64,000 nucleotides of DNA from an uncultured Gemmatimonadales bacterium (lineage in GTDB: Bacteria > Gemmatimonadota > Gemmatimonadetes > Gemmatimonadales > GWC2-71-9), in contig CAVZZO010000001.1 of assembly GCA_963779755.1 (NCBI GenBank), positions 896,001 to 960,000 of the forward strand, given 5' to 3'. Below are positions 27,396 to 37,606 of this stretch, piece after piece. Position 1 is the stretch's first letter. Each line of letters starts with the position of its first letter. The notes beneath the pieces were generated by a model that searched no databases, was not told where the DNA came from, and saw nothing but the letters and a program-made list of their open reading frames with translations. Both the position numbers and the translations under genes were made by a program.

Positions 27396-27764
27396 TCATC
27401 CCAGCCTCCAGGCCAGCAGCCCGCCGGCTGCAATGATCCGTCCCGTCCCCAGCAGGATTCCCAGCACCGTGCGCCAGGTTCTGCGGGGCCGGAGCGCGCC
27501 GGCCCGGAAGCGCGCACTGACCTCGACCAGCGCACCCAGCAGAGCGAAGAGGAGCACCCACCCGCCGTGGCCCAGGCTGGCGAACCAGAGCGCTGCCAGC
27601 AGAGTAAACAGCAGCGCCTCGGTAAGGCAGGCGCCGACCGGCGCGGCCAGGAACGGTTGTTCCGCTTCGGTGCGGCCCCGGCCGATGCGCGCGCTGCCCG
27701 CGGCCCAGAGCAGGAACCAGCCCGCCACCAGCGCCCAGCCGATCCCCAGCCGGATGAGGGTCAC
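27396..27764 (-). CDS. Small multi-TM membrane protein
   Basis: About four hydrophobic segments; GTGA overlap with the upstream stop. Confidence 0.6.
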   Translation of the reverse strand: MTLIRLGIGWALVAGWFLLWAAGSARIGRGRTEAEQPFLAAPVGACLTEALLFTLLAALWFASLGHGGWVLLFALLGALVEVSARFRAGALRPRRTWRTVLGILLGTGRIIAAGGLLAWRLG

Positions 27765-29122
27765 GGCGACGGCCACGCGGCCCGGATGGAGTCGGCGTCG
27801 AACAGCCGGCCCCGAAGCACCACGGCGTCGACCGCGCGCGCGTTCCGGATGTCCTGCAGGGGGTCGGCGGTGAGGATCACCAGGTCTGCCGCCTTTCCGG
27901 GGGCGATCCGCCCCAGCGAGTCCGCGGCGAGGAGCGCGGCCCCATTGCGGGTGGCGGCCTCCAGCGCCTGTCCCGGCGTGAGCCCCGCCGCAACCAGGTG
28001 CTCCATCTCCTGGTGCACCGCCGCGCCCGGCACCATCATGAAGTCGCCCCCGGCTCCTCCGGCCGCGACCACCCCGCCGGCGCGCACGAAGGCGCGGACG
28101 AACAGGTCCTGGTTCGCTCGTCCGCGCCGGAATGTGTCGAGGTCGGCGGGAGACCAGCCGCGCCGCTGCATCCAGGCAGCCCCGTCCCACTGGCTGCGAA
28201 TCTCCGCCGGCACCGTCGCCAGATCGGCGGCCGGCACCGCGGAAGGATCGTCCAGCCGGCTCCAGACCTCATGACGGGCCAGTGCCGGTACCAGGATCAC
28301 TCGCCGCTGCGCCAGCCGCTGCGCCACGGCGGTCAGTGCGGCGGAGTCGAGCGCGGCCCAGCTCTGCTCCTGCGCGGTCCAGCCGTCCCAGTAGGATCGC
28401 CGGAAGCCGGTAAAGATGGGGGCGGCATCGGCGGCGGCGGACTGGGGAACCCCGCCCAGGTTTTCCTGTATCAGCAGGCCCAGCTCCGCGGCGCCGGTGG
28501 CATCGGTGAGCCCGAGGTTGGCCGAAACCCGCAGGTTGAGCCGCCGGGCTTCGTCCAGCAGCGGGCGCAACAGGCCGGAGCTCAGGCCGGCCCAGGCCTC
28601 GACGTAGTCGGCGGCCGAGAGCGCGGCCTGATCTACCGCTTTTCTGGCGTCGACATCGCCGGTGACGGCCGTCATCCCGGGCTGCGCCGCCGGGCTGCCG
28701 TCCACCGCGGGCCCCGAGGCGAACATCCGTGGGCCCGGGATGGCGCCGAGGTTCAGCTCGTCGCGCCGCGCCAGGGACGAGTCGCCGCCCGACTCCCGGA
28801 GGGAGGTCACGCCCGCCGCCAGTTGGCGCGAGCTGCTCCAGCGGTCCACGTGGGCCAGGGCGTTGATCAGGCCGGGAATGATCCAGTGGTGAGAAACGTC
28901 GATGGTCCGGGCCGAACGCGGGATCTTGAACCCGGCCCGCGGCGCGACCGTCTCGATGTGTCCCTGATAAATCACCACCACCGCATCCGGGATCGGCCTG
29001 GCGTCGTCCCCGATCACCGTCCCGCCCACCAGGGCAAGGCGGTCCTTTCTGGTGGGGAGGCATCCGGCCGCCAGCAGGGCGGCCAGGACCACGCTAGCGC
29101 GGATCGCTCGAGGAATGGTCAT
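27761..29122 (-). CDS. Amidohydrolase-superfamily lipoprotein with degenerate metal ligands
   Basis: IIPGLINALAH, ALEAATRNGA, GRIAPGKAADLVIL..DPL.DI; lipobox LAAGC. Confidence 0.85.
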   Translation of the reverse strand: MTIPRAIRASVVLAALLAAGCLPTRKDRLALVGGTVIGDDARPIPDAVVVIYQGHIETVAPRAGFKIPRSARTIDVSHHWIIPGLINALAHVDRWSSSRQLAAGVTSLRESGGDSSLARRDELNLGAIPGPRMFASGPAVDGSPAAQPGMTAVTGDVDARKAVDQAALSAADYVEAWAGLSSGLLRPLLDEARRLNLRVSANLGLTDATGAAELGLLIQENLGGVPQSAAADAAPIFTGFRRSYWDGWTAQEQSWAALDSAALTAVAQRLAQRRVILVPALARHEVWSRLDDPSAVPAADLATVPAEIRSQWDGAAWMQRRGWSPADLDTFRRGRANQDLFVRAFVRAGGVVAAGGAGGDFMMVPGAAVHQEMEHLVAAGLTPGQALEAATRNGAALLAADSLGRIAPGKAADLVILTADPLQDIRNARAVDAVVLRGRLFDADSIRAAWPSP

Positions 29123-29570
29123 GGAGAATCTTCCAGCCTTGGGCCTGGTGCTGCATCAGCAGCGTGAAGGGGCCGCTGGCGGTCACGGAATCGCCGCGGA
29201 ACAGGATGAACCTGGCGGTGATGAGCGCCAGGTCGGCCGTGAGGGGACGGACGTGGAATTGCTCGAACCGCAGGCTGTCGCGCTGCGCGCCGGGCTCGAA
29301 GAGGGGCGCGTAGTTGGCCCGGATCCAGTCGTGGCCCCGCTGCAGGTGCCCGCGGGAGATGAACGTGGGCAGCGTGTCCGCCGCATAGTCGGAGACGAAG
29401 GCGTCGAGATCGCCCCGGTTCCAGGCGTCGGCCGAGCGCTGGAACTGAGCTTCGAACTGCCGCGTAAGGAGCGCCGCATCGGGCACCGGCCGGGCCGGCG
29501 GCGCGGCCGGCCGGCAGGCCGAGAGCACCACCGCCCCGGCAAAGATGATCCGCACCAGAGACTCTTTCAT
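29094..29570 (-). CDS. SnoaL/DUF4440 (NTF2-like) lipoprotein
   Basis: AWNRGDLDAF..Y, G.FTL.....GWKILHDHSS; lipobox LSAC. Confidence 0.85.
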   Translation of the reverse strand: MKESLVRIIFAGAVVLSACRPAAPPARPVPDAALLTRQFEAQFQRSADAWNRGDLDAFVSDYAADTLPTFISRGHLQRGHDWIRANYAPLFEPGAQRDSLRFEQFHVRPLTADLALITARFILFRGDSVTASGPFTLLMQHQAQGWKILHDHSSSDPR

Positions 29571-29592
29571 CCGGTTACTCCGTCGGTCGATG

Positions 29593-29655
29593 AATCTGCG
29601 TGATCAGCGTCATCGGTGCCATCTGTGCGATCTGTGCCATCTGTGTCATCTGTGG
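29593..29655. repeat. Nonamer tandem repeat (CATCTGTGC-like) x~7
   Basis: aatctgcgt gatcagcgt catcggtgc catctgtgc gatctgtgc catctgtgt catctgtgg. Confidence 0.85.
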
Positions 29656-29669
29656 ATAGATTGCCTGCT

Positions 29670-31145
29670 ATGGATTCCTCGAATCGAAAATTACCCTTTG
29701 AGCGCCGCGGCGATGAAGCCTTTGTGCTGGTGAGCAACCGGGAGCCCTTCGAACACCAGCAGGGGCCCCGGGGTGAGATCGTCGTCAATCGCCCGGCGGG
29801 CGGGCTTACCTCTGCGCTGCAGCCGCTGATGGAGTCCACCGGCGGCACCTGGGTCGCCTGGGGGAGCGGCACCGCCGATTTCGATGTCGTGGATGAGCAC
29901 GATACCGTCCAGGTACCGCCCGAGGACCCCCGTTACCGCCTGCATCGCGTCCGGCTCTCCCCCGACGAGGTGCAATCCTATTACGTCGAAAGCGCCAACC
30001 GCGCGCTCTGGCCGCTCTGCCATCTCCAGTTCCAGTATTTCGCCTTCGATTACTCGCACTGGCAGGTCTATCGCCGGGTCAATCACCGCTTCGCGCATGC
30101 CACGCTCGAGTCCGTCGGCGGCCGGCCCGCGCTGATCTGGGTGCACGACTATCACCTCGCCTACGTGCCGGGCATCCTGCGCCTGCGCCGGGGGCACCCG
30201 CTCTTCGTGCACCAGTTCTGGCATATTCCCTGGCCGCCTGCCGACGTCCTGCGGGCGCTGCCGGTAGCCCACCGCCTGATGCGTGGCCTGCTGGGTAACG
30301 ATCTGCTGGTGTTCCAGACCGACCGCTATGTCGTCAATTTCCTCGCCTGTGTCGCCGAGTTCCTGCCCGACGCCGATGTGGATCTGGAGCACAATACGGT
30401 CCGCTATCACAATCACACCACCACGCTCGCCGCCCACGCCATTTCCATCGACGTCGAGGCCTTCGAACGGCTGGCCGATTCGGCCCCCGTGCGCCAGGCG
30501 GCGGAACGGATCCGCCGGGAGCACGTCCGCGGCGGGCAGATCGTGCTGGGGGTGGACCGGATCGATTACAGCAAGGGGATTCCCGAGCGGCTCGAGGCCT
30601 TTACCCGGCTGCTGGAGCAGCACCCCGAGCTGCACGAGAAGGTCTCGTTCATTCAGATTGCCGTCCCCTCGCGCCTCGCCATCCAGTCCTACCGGCAGCT
30701 GGAACGTTCGGTGGTGCAGATCGCGTCCAGCATCAACCGGCGCTACGGCACTCCCCGCTGGAAGCCGGTCACCCTGATTCGCGACAACCTGGACCGGGAA
30801 CAGCTGGCCGGTTACTACCGCGCGGCCCACATCGCCATGGTCTCCTCGCTGCAGGACGGTATGAACCTCGTCGCCAAGGAATTCATCGCCTGTCAGCACG
30901 ATGCCGACGGGATCCTCATGCTGAGCCGCTTCGCCGGCGCCGCCGAGGAAATGGACGGCGCCATGCTGATCAATCCCTACGATGTGCGAGCCGTGGCCCA
31001 CGCCCTGTATGACGCGCTCCGCATGAGCGACCGGGAGCGCCGCGTGCGCCTCGCCGCCATGCGCCGGCAGCTGCACGCCGCCACCATCTACGACTGGATG
31101 GACGACATCTTCGCCGACGTCGAGCGGCTGCGCTCCACCGGCTGA
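29670..31145 (+). CDS. otsA: Trehalose-6-phosphate synthase
   Basis: VSNREP, GGL, WVHDYHL, HIPWP, GVDRIDYSKG, DGMNLVAKE. Confidence 0.95.
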   Translation: MDSSNRKLPFERRGDEAFVLVSNREPFEHQQGPRGEIVVNRPAGGLTSALQPLMESTGGTWVAWGSGTADFDVVDEHDTVQVPPEDPRYRLHRVRLSPDEVQSYYVESANRALWPLCHLQFQYFAFDYSHWQVYRRVNHRFAHATLESVGGRPALIWVHDYHLAYVPGILRLRRGHPLFVHQFWHIPWPPADVLRALPVAHRLMRGLLGNDLLVFQTDRYVVNFLACVAEFLPDADVDLEHNTVRYHNHTTTLAAHAISIDVEAFERLADSAPVRQAAERIRREHVRGGQIVLGVDRIDYSKGIPERLEAFTRLLEQHPELHEKVSFIQIAVPSRLAIQSYRQLERSVVQIASSINRRYGTPRWKPVTLIRDNLDREQLAGYYRAAHIAMVSSLQDGMNLVAKEFIACQHDADGILMLSRFAGAAEEMDGAMLINPYDVRAVAHALYDALRMSDRERRVRLAAMRRQLHAATIYDWMDDIFADVERLRSTG

Positions 31146-31915
31146 TGCTGCCCCTCTCCGGCGCCGCCGGCCGGCGCGCCGCCCGGCGGCTGGCGGCCGC
31201 GCCCCACCCCGTGCTCTTCCTCGACGTCGACGGCACCCTGGCTCCCATCGTGCCGGTGCCGTCCCGGGCCCGGGTCCCCGCGTCCACCCGGCGCATCCTG
31301 AAGCGGCTGGTTCAGAGCGGCGCCCGCGTCGTGCTGGTCTCGGGCCGCGCCGCCCGCGATGCCCGCCGGGTGGCGGGCACCGGCAGCCATCCGGTTCTGG
31401 GCAACCACGGGGTTGAGCTGCTCGAAGCGGGCGCCCTGCGCCAGTGGACCGGTCTGAGCCGCCGGCGGATGCAACAGGTGGAGCGGAAGCTCCGACGCCT
31501 GGTCTCCCGCGCCTGGCCCGGGGTGCGCCTCGAGGGCAAAGGCTTTTCGGTGGCGCTGCACCACCGGCTCGGCGCCGGAAAGCTGCGCCGGCTCCTCGCC
31601 GAGACGCGCGCGACGGTCGGCCCCGGCATTCTGGCCCTCCCCGGTCGGCGGGTCATCGACGTGCGGGCCGAAGGCGCCGACAAGGGGCAGGCGGTGCTCC
31701 GCTGGCTCGATCGCCGGGCGCCCGGAACTCCGTGGCCCGAGGTACTCTACGCCGGCGACGATACGACCGACCAGGACGCCTTCCGGGCGCTCGGCCGGCA
31801 GGCGGTAACCATCGCCGTCGGGCGCCGCCCGCAGGGCGCCCGGTTCCACTCGGCCGGGCCCGCCGCCTTTGCCCGCTGGCTGGAACGGTTGGCGGCCGTC
31901 CGGGAAGAGGTCTAA
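31145..31915 (+). CDS. otsB: Trehalose-6-phosphate phosphatase
   Basis: LDVDGTLAP, VSGR, GNHG.E, DKG.A, GDDTTD.DAF; TGATG overlap. Confidence 0.92.
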   Translation: MLPLSGAAGRRAARRLAAAPHPVLFLDVDGTLAPIVPVPSRARVPASTRRILKRLVQSGARVVLVSGRAARDARRVAGTGSHPVLGNHGVELLEAGALRQWTGLSRRRMQQVERKLRRLVSRAWPGVRLEGKGFSVALHHRLGAGKLRRLLAETRATVGPGILALPGRRVIDVRAEGADKGQAVLRWLDRRAPGTPWPEVLYAGDDTTDQDAFRALGRQAVTIAVGRRPQGARFHSAGPAAFARWLERLAAVREEV

Positions 31916-31925
31916 TGCCTTGATA

Positions 31926-31999
31926 CTCTCGACCCCCTCCACCCTCTCGACCACCTGGGCAGGTCGAGGGAGTCGAGGGGGTCGAGAAGGTCGAGGGGC
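31926..31999. repeat. Inverted nonamer repeat pair between convergent genes (probable terminator)
   Basis: ctctcgacc ccctccacc ctctcgacc ... ggtcgaggg agtcgaggg ggtcgagaa ggtcgaggg. Confidence 0.75.
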
Positions 32000-32001
32000 G
32001 T

Positions 32002-32460
32002 CTACTTGCGCCCGCGGGGCCGCCTCGTGCTTCGGCGGGCAGCCTTCTTTGCCGGACGCCGCGCCGTCTTCTTCCTGGCGGCCTTCTTCGCCGGTTTCCG
32101 GCGGGCTGCTTTACGCGCCGGTTTCCTGGCGGCCTTCCTGGTTGCCTTCTTCCGGGCGGGCTTCCTCCGGGCGGCCTTCTTCGCCGTCTTCTTCCTGGCG
32201 GCCTTCTTGGCGGCCTTCTTCCGGGCCGGCTTCTTACGCGCGGCCTTCCTGGCGGCCTTCTTCCGGGCGGCCGGCTTCTTCTTCGGCTTCCGGGGTGCCG
32301 GCTTCTTCGCCGCGGGCGCTTCCGTCTTTGCGACGGGAGCAGGGGCCGGCGGCGGTGGGGGTGGTGGCGGCGGTGGGGGCTCGGGCTCCATGGACATGGG
32401 GGAAGGATCCATCCAACCCGATCCGGACCAGCCTATTTCATCGGTCAAGAGCTCGGCCAT
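32002..32460 (-). CDS. Histone H1-like Lys/Ala/Arg-rich nucleoid protein
   Basis: Many (K/R)KAAR / KPARK pentapeptides after a poly-Pro linker; GGAG RBS upstream. Confidence 0.75.
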   Translation of the reverse strand: MAELLTDEIGWSGSGWMDPSPMSMEPEPPPPPPPPPPPAPAPVAKTEAPAAKKPAPRKPKKKPAARKKAARKAARKKPARKKAAKKAARKKTAKKAARRKPARKKATRKAARKPARKAARRKPAKKAARKKTARRPAKKAARRSTRRPRGRK

Positions 32461-32710
32461 GGTAGCTCCTCCGGGAAGGCGCGCGGCTATCCCGCCGTGG
32501 GTTTCAGGCGCGTGGGCACCTGCTGCTGCAATCGTGGATGCGATATAACTTGCACATCTTCAATAGTTGTGCAAGACATCTGCTCCGCGCCGGCCTGCCC
32601 GCGCGAGGCGAAACGCGGCGTTGCGCCGTCGCCGCCATGGCCCCGGCGCGGGTGTTGTTCATAAGACATTGTCACTAAATAGCTTACACGACCGCCCCGG
32701 AACCCGCTTC

Positions 32711-35314
32711 ATGACGCCCACAAATTCGCGGCTGCTTGCCGGTTTGCTCCTCGCCAGCCTCGCGCTCAGCGAAGCGGCGGCGCAGGAGCCGAAGAACCTG
32801 ACGCCAACTCCCCTGGCCTGGCAGCATGGGCCGGCCGATCTGCGGGGGCCGGCCCGGCCCGATTCCTACCTGGGTATCGTGGGCCGCCGGGCCATCGCCA
32901 TGGGCACCGAGCAGGGCGATCTGGAAGTGTGGACCTGGCCGCTCAAGCTGCTGCACGATTTCCGCCTGAGCTTCCAGACTCCCCTCTATGCCGAGCCCAT
33001 CCCGGGCCGGGACGTCGCCCGGCGGGTGGAGATCACGCCGGCCGGGGCCACGGTGATCTACAGTCATCCCGCCTTCACCGTCCGGGAACGGATCTTCGCG
33101 CCGGAAAGCGAACCCGCGGTAGTCATCGTGCTCGAGGTGGACGCGGTCCGCCCGATGGAGATTCTGGCCGAGTTCCAGTCCGATCTGCAGTTCGCCTGGC
33201 CGGCCTCGCTGGGAGGCCAGTACGTCTTCTGGGACGACAAGGAGAAGGCATTCGTGCTCTCCGAAAGCCGGCAGCAGGTGAACGGCTACGTCGGCAGCCC
33301 CTATACCACCTCCGCCACCAACCAGCCGGCGCACAACGTCCCCGAAGCTCCCAATCAGCTGCGGATTGCCGTAGGCGACCAGACGCCGGTCCCCATGCCG
33401 AAACAGGGTGAGCCGGCCGGCCGGCTCACCCTGGTGCACGCCGGCGGCATTCCCATCGTCATGGTCGGGGCCGCCGCGCCGCGCGACAGTGTCCGCGCGA
33501 TCTACCGCCGGGTGCTGGCACAGGTGCCGCAGCTGTACCAGGCCCGCGCGGCGCACGCCCGCGCGGTGCTCGACAGCACCCTGTGGACCGAAACGCCCGA
33601 TTCCACCTTTGACCTGGCGGTCCGCTGGGCCGCGCTCAATCTGGATGAAGCGCTGGTCTGCAATCCCGACCTGGGCTGCGGCCCGGTGGCCGGCTACGGG
33701 CCCAGCGGCAGCCGCGGCACCCGGCCCGGTTTCGCCTGGTTCTTCGGCGGCGATGCTTCGATCAACTCGTTGGGAATGACGGCGGCGGGACAGTTCGACC
33801 TGGCGCGGCGCGGCCTCGAGTTCTTCGCCAGATACCAGCGGGAGGACGGCAAGATCCCGCACGAGATTTCCCAGGGCGCCGGGCGCATCCGCTGGTTCGA
33901 GGACTATCCCTACGCCTTCTATCATGCCGATACCACGCCCTACTGGCTGCTCGCCTGGGGCGATTACTGGCTCGCCAGCGGCGATACCGCCACCATTCGC
34001 CGCCTCTGGCCGGCGCTCCGCCGCGCCTATGAGTGGTCGCGCGGGACGATAGACAGCAGCACCGCGCTCATGCTCAACTCGAAGGGCGGGCTCGGCGCGA
34101 TCGAGGTCGGCGACCTCGGCGTGGGGGTCGAATCGGATATCTATCTCTCGGGCGTCTGGGTACAGGCGCTGAACCGGATCGGCCGCATGGCCCGGGCCCT
34201 GAACGAAACCGGGCTCGCGGCCGAGGCCGACTCGCTGCACCGGCGCGCGCTCGCTTCGCTGCGCGACAGGTTCTGGCTGCCGAAAGAGCGGATGTACGCG
34301 TTCGCGCTGCTGCAGGGCGGCCAGATCCGGCCGGAGCTGACGGTCTGGCCGTCCATCGCCATGGCGTTCGGCCTGCTGGACGATGCCCGCGGCATGCCCG
34401 AGGCCGCTACGCTGGCCCGTGCCACCATTCAGACCGACTGGGGTGCCCGGGCTCTGGCCGGCCAGAGCAAGCTCTTCGATCCCCTGCATTACAACAACGG
34501 GACGGTCTGGCCCTTCGTGACCGGCTTCCAGTCGCTGGGGCAGTACCGCTATCGCAATCCGGTGGCCGGATTTGCGGCGCTCGACGATATCGTCCGCAGC
34601 GGCTTCACCTGGGGGCTGGGCCGCAACCCGGAGGTGTTCAGCGGCGCGCGTTACGAGCCCATGGACACCGCCGTGCCGCAGCAGTTCTTCGGCACCTCGT
34701 TCATTCTGACCTCGCTTGCCCGCGGCCTGCTGGGCTGGTGGCCCGACGTGCCGGGTGACTCGGTCACCCTGGCCCCTCAGCTCCCCGCCGCCTGGCCGGA
34801 CGCCACCTTCCATAACGTGCCGGCCGGAGAGAGCCGCTACACCATCCAGCTGCGCCAGGGTGAGACGGAACTGGAGGCGCTGATCCACGTCGATGGCGCA
34901 GGCCCGGGTACGCTGATCTTTGCACCCCACTTGCCCATCGGTGCACGGGTCGAGAGCGTGACCGTCAACCGGCATCCGGTCGCGTGCGAAACGCTCGTTA
35001 CCGAGCGGGACGTCCAGCCGGTCTGCCACCTCCAGTCAGCGCCGGATCTTGACGTAGTAGTAGCTCATACCCCTGGTTTCCAGGTGCTCCTGCCGGATGA
35101 GCCGGTGCGCCGGGGCGACGTCTCACACAACCTCCGGCTGCTGGACCAGCGGCTTGCCGGGGACACCCTGATTCTCGACCTGGAGGGGCCAGCCGGCACC
35201 CAGCGGTCCATCGAGGTGCGGCATGGTGGGAAGCGCACGATTCCGGTGCGTTTCGCCCCACCCGGCGACCCGGTCGACGGGTATTCCCGCGCGGAAGTGC
35301 GGGTAGCTCCCTGA
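32711..35314 (+). CDS. Secreted (alpha/alpha)6 glycoside hydrolase, amylo-alpha-1,6-glucosidase-like
   Basis: Signal peptide; PGFAWFFGGD, DGKIPHE, DTTP.W, YNNGTVWPF, PEVF motifs. Confidence 0.8.
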   Translation: MTPTNSRLLAGLLLASLALSEAAAQEPKNLTPTPLAWQHGPADLRGPARPDSYLGIVGRRAIAMGTEQGDLEVWTWPLKLLHDFRLSFQTPLYAEPIPGRDVARRVEITPAGATVIYSHPAFTVRERIFAPESEPAVVIVLEVDAVRPMEILAEFQSDLQFAWPASLGGQYVFWDDKEKAFVLSESRQQVNGYVGSPYTTSATNQPAHNVPEAPNQLRIAVGDQTPVPMPKQGEPAGRLTLVHAGGIPIVMVGAAAPRDSVRAIYRRVLAQVPQLYQARAAHARAVLDSTLWTETPDSTFDLAVRWAALNLDEALVCNPDLGCGPVAGYGPSGSRGTRPGFAWFFGGDASINSLGMTAAGQFDLARRGLEFFARYQREDGKIPHEISQGAGRIRWFEDYPYAFYHADTTPYWLLAWGDYWLASGDTATIRRLWPALRRAYEWSRGTIDSSTALMLNSKGGLGAIEVGDLGVGVESDIYLSGVWVQALNRIGRMARALNETGLAAEADSLHRRALASLRDRFWLPKERMYAFALLQGGQIRPELTVWPSIAMAFGLLDDARGMPEAATLARATIQTDWGARALAGQSKLFDPLHYNNGTVWPFVTGFQSLGQYRYRNPVAGFAALDDIVRSGFTWGLGRNPEVFSGARYEPMDTAVPQQFFGTSFILTSLARGLLGWWPDVPGDSVTLAPQLPAAWPDATFHNVPAGESRYTIQLRQGETELEALIHVDGAGPGTLIFAPHLPIGARVESVTVNRHPVACETLVTERDVQPVCHLQSAPDLDVVVAHTPGFQVLLPDEPVRRGDVSHNLRLLDQRLAGDTLILDLEGPAGTQRSIEVRHGGKRTIPVRFAPPGDPVDGYSRAEVRVAP

Positions 35315-35371
35315 CTGGCTCGCTGATTGCTTCGCTGATGCGGGCTCGCATCCCTTGAGAAGGGTGTCCCG

Positions 35372-37576
35372 GTGCCATCCCTACGCCTGCTGCTGCTCCT
35401 GCTGATTGCTCCCGCCGCGCTGGCCGGGCAGAACGTCGCCGAGGTTCAGGTCACACCCGATGCGGTTAGCCTGAAGCCCGGCGCCAAGCAGGCCCTGTTC
35501 GCGGCCGCCTTCGACGCGAAAGGGAACCTGATTCCCACCGCCCGGTTCACCTACTCCTCCAGCGATACCGTGGTCGCGCGGGCCGATCCCGACGGGGCGG
35601 TAGTGGGGCTGGCGGCGGGGCGGGCTATCGTGCGGGTGCGCGCCGGGCAGAAATCTTTCAACGTCGCGGTGGTGGTAGTAGCGCCGGATGGCTCCGAGCC
35701 CGTCGCCCTGGCCGACAGCGCCACGGGCGCTCCTCCATCCGCTGCGGACAGCGGAGCCGCGCCGACCCTGCTCACCATCAACCCCGCGACCATCTATCTG
35801 CTGCCTTCGGAAAGCCGGGCGCTCGAGGTGCGCGCATTCCGCCCCGACGGCTCGCCCGCACCGCTGCGGCATGTGGTCTGGAAATCCCTCTCCCCGGAGG
35901 TGGCTGCGGTGGACGTGGGTGGTGTGGTCGTGGGGCTCAAGGCGGGGCAGGCCACGCTCCAGGTTTCTGCCGGCGCCCTTTCCGCCACGGCGCCGGTGGA
36001 GGTGCGCGCCGCCGAGTTCACGGCCAGGCCGTCCCGAATCGCCCTGGCCCCGCTGGCGCTGGATACGGTCTCGCTGGTGGTGCCGGAACAGGACAACCGT
36101 GAGCTGCACGCCGGGATCAGCTGGCAGGTGGCCGACACCGCCATCGCCCGGGTCGGGCCGACCGGCGTGGTCCAGGGACTGGCCCCCGGTCACACCGAGC
36201 TACTGGTCTCGGGCTACTTCCAGCAACGGCAGATCCCCGTCGCGGTGCACCGTCCCATCGCGCGGGTGGTGGTTACGCCGGCGCCGGGCAGCGGTCCCAT
36301 CCGGCTGCCGCTCCGCGGAACCAGCCAGGTGGCGGTGCGGGCGCTCGCCGCCGATTCCAGTGCCATTCCCGAAGTGGACTTCGACTGGGAGCTGGGCGAT
36401 ACCACGGTGGCTGGCTTCGATCCGGCCACCCGCACGCTGACCGCCCGGGCGACGGGTACCACCAGCCTGACCCTGCGCGCTCCCGGATTCGCGCCGCTCG
36501 TCTGGGTGGTCGAGGTCGTGCCCGGGGGCATCGCATTCGACCGCCCCCTGTTGACGCTGGCGCCGGGAAGCCGGGATTCCCTCGGCGTGCACTTTGTGAA
36601 TCGTGACGGGGCTCCCGCGGGCAGCGCCACCGGGCTGCTCTGGATCACGACCGACAGCAACGTGGTGGCGCTCGCCGGCAACGGGCGTATTGTCGCGCAC
36701 CGGCCCGGCAGGGTGACGCTGATGACGGAAACCCGCTGGGGCGCCGCCGATTCGGCGACGGTGTTCGTTATCGCCCCTCTGCTGGTGGCGTCCAACCGGA
36801 CCGGACGCTTCGCGCTCTATCAGGTGACGGAAGACAGCACCCTGCTGCGGCTGGCGGGCGACACCGCCGACATGGTCCAGCCGGCCCTCTCCCCCGACCG
36901 CAGCTGGCTGGCCTACAGCTCCAATCGCAGCGGAGATTTCGATCTCTATCTCGCGCGGCCCGACGGCAGCGGCGCAACCGCCCTCTCCCCCGCGGTGGGC
37001 CTGGACGGCGAGCCGGCCTGGATGCCCGACGGCAAGAGCCTGGTCTTTGCCTCCTCGCGGACCGGATCGCCGCAGATCTTCCGCATCAACGCCGACGGCA
37101 CCGGGCTGCGGCAGCTCACCTTCACCGGCGGGGGGAACCGGTCGCCGGCCGTCTCGCCCGATGGGGAGAGTATCGCCTTCCTCTCCGGTCGAGACGGCAA
37201 CACCGAGGTCTATCGCATGCGGGCCGATGGCACCGCCCAGGCGAACGTCACCGGCACGCCGCAGCGGGAGGCGGCGGTGCGCTACCTGCCCGACGGTGCG
37301 CTGGTCTTCGCCACCGAGGTCCGGCGCGGGCCGCGACCCTATCGGCTGCTGCGCGTGCCGCTAGACGGCACGCCGGCCGAGCCGCTCTTCACCAGCGACG
37401 ACCCGATCACCGATTTCGCCGTCGCACGCGACGGCCGGCAGCTGGCGGTGGTCACCGGCCATTCCCGCGGCATCCGGGTGGAGTACGCCCTGCATCTCGT
37501 CCCGGTGGGAGGCGCTGGAGCCCCCGTCCAGGTCCCGCTGAGGCCGGGAGAACAGATCGTAAGCCCGAACTATTAG
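35372..37576 (+). CDS. Secreted protein with tandem Big_2 Ig-like domains and a C-terminal TolB-like PD40 propeller
   Basis: Repeated W.S.D..VA.V...G.V.G...G.A; PALSPD, PAWMPDG, PAVSPDG repeats. Confidence 0.85.
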   Translation: MPSLRLLLLLLIAPAALAGQNVAEVQVTPDAVSLKPGAKQALFAAAFDAKGNLIPTARFTYSSSDTVVARADPDGAVVGLAAGRAIVRVRAGQKSFNVAVVVVAPDGSEPVALADSATGAPPSAADSGAAPTLLTINPATIYLLPSESRALEVRAFRPDGSPAPLRHVVWKSLSPEVAAVDVGGVVVGLKAGQATLQVSAGALSATAPVEVRAAEFTARPSRIALAPLALDTVSLVVPEQDNRELHAGISWQVADTAIARVGPTGVVQGLAPGHTELLVSGYFQQRQIPVAVHRPIARVVVTPAPGSGPIRLPLRGTSQVAVRALAADSSAIPEVDFDWELGDTTVAGFDPATRTLTARATGTTSLTLRAPGFAPLVWVVEVVPGGIAFDRPLLTLAPGSRDSLGVHFVNRDGAPAGSATGLLWITTDSNVVALAGNGRIVAHRPGRVTLMTETRWGAADSATVFVIAPLLVASNRTGRFALYQVTEDSTLLRLAGDTADMVQPALSPDRSWLAYSSNRSGDFDLYLARPDGSGATALSPAVGLDGEPAWMPDGKSLVFASSRTGSPQIFRINADGTGLRQLTFTGGGNRSPAVSPDGESIAFLSGRDGNTEVYRMRADGTAQANVTGTPQREAAVRYLPDGALVFATEVRRGPRPYRLLRVPLDGTPAEPLFTSDDPITDFAVARDGRQLAVVTGHSRGIRVEYALHLVPVGGAGAPVQVPLRPGEQIVSPNY

Positions 37577-37606
37577 CGAGGGGGAATCGGGAACGACGGT
37601 ATTGAC

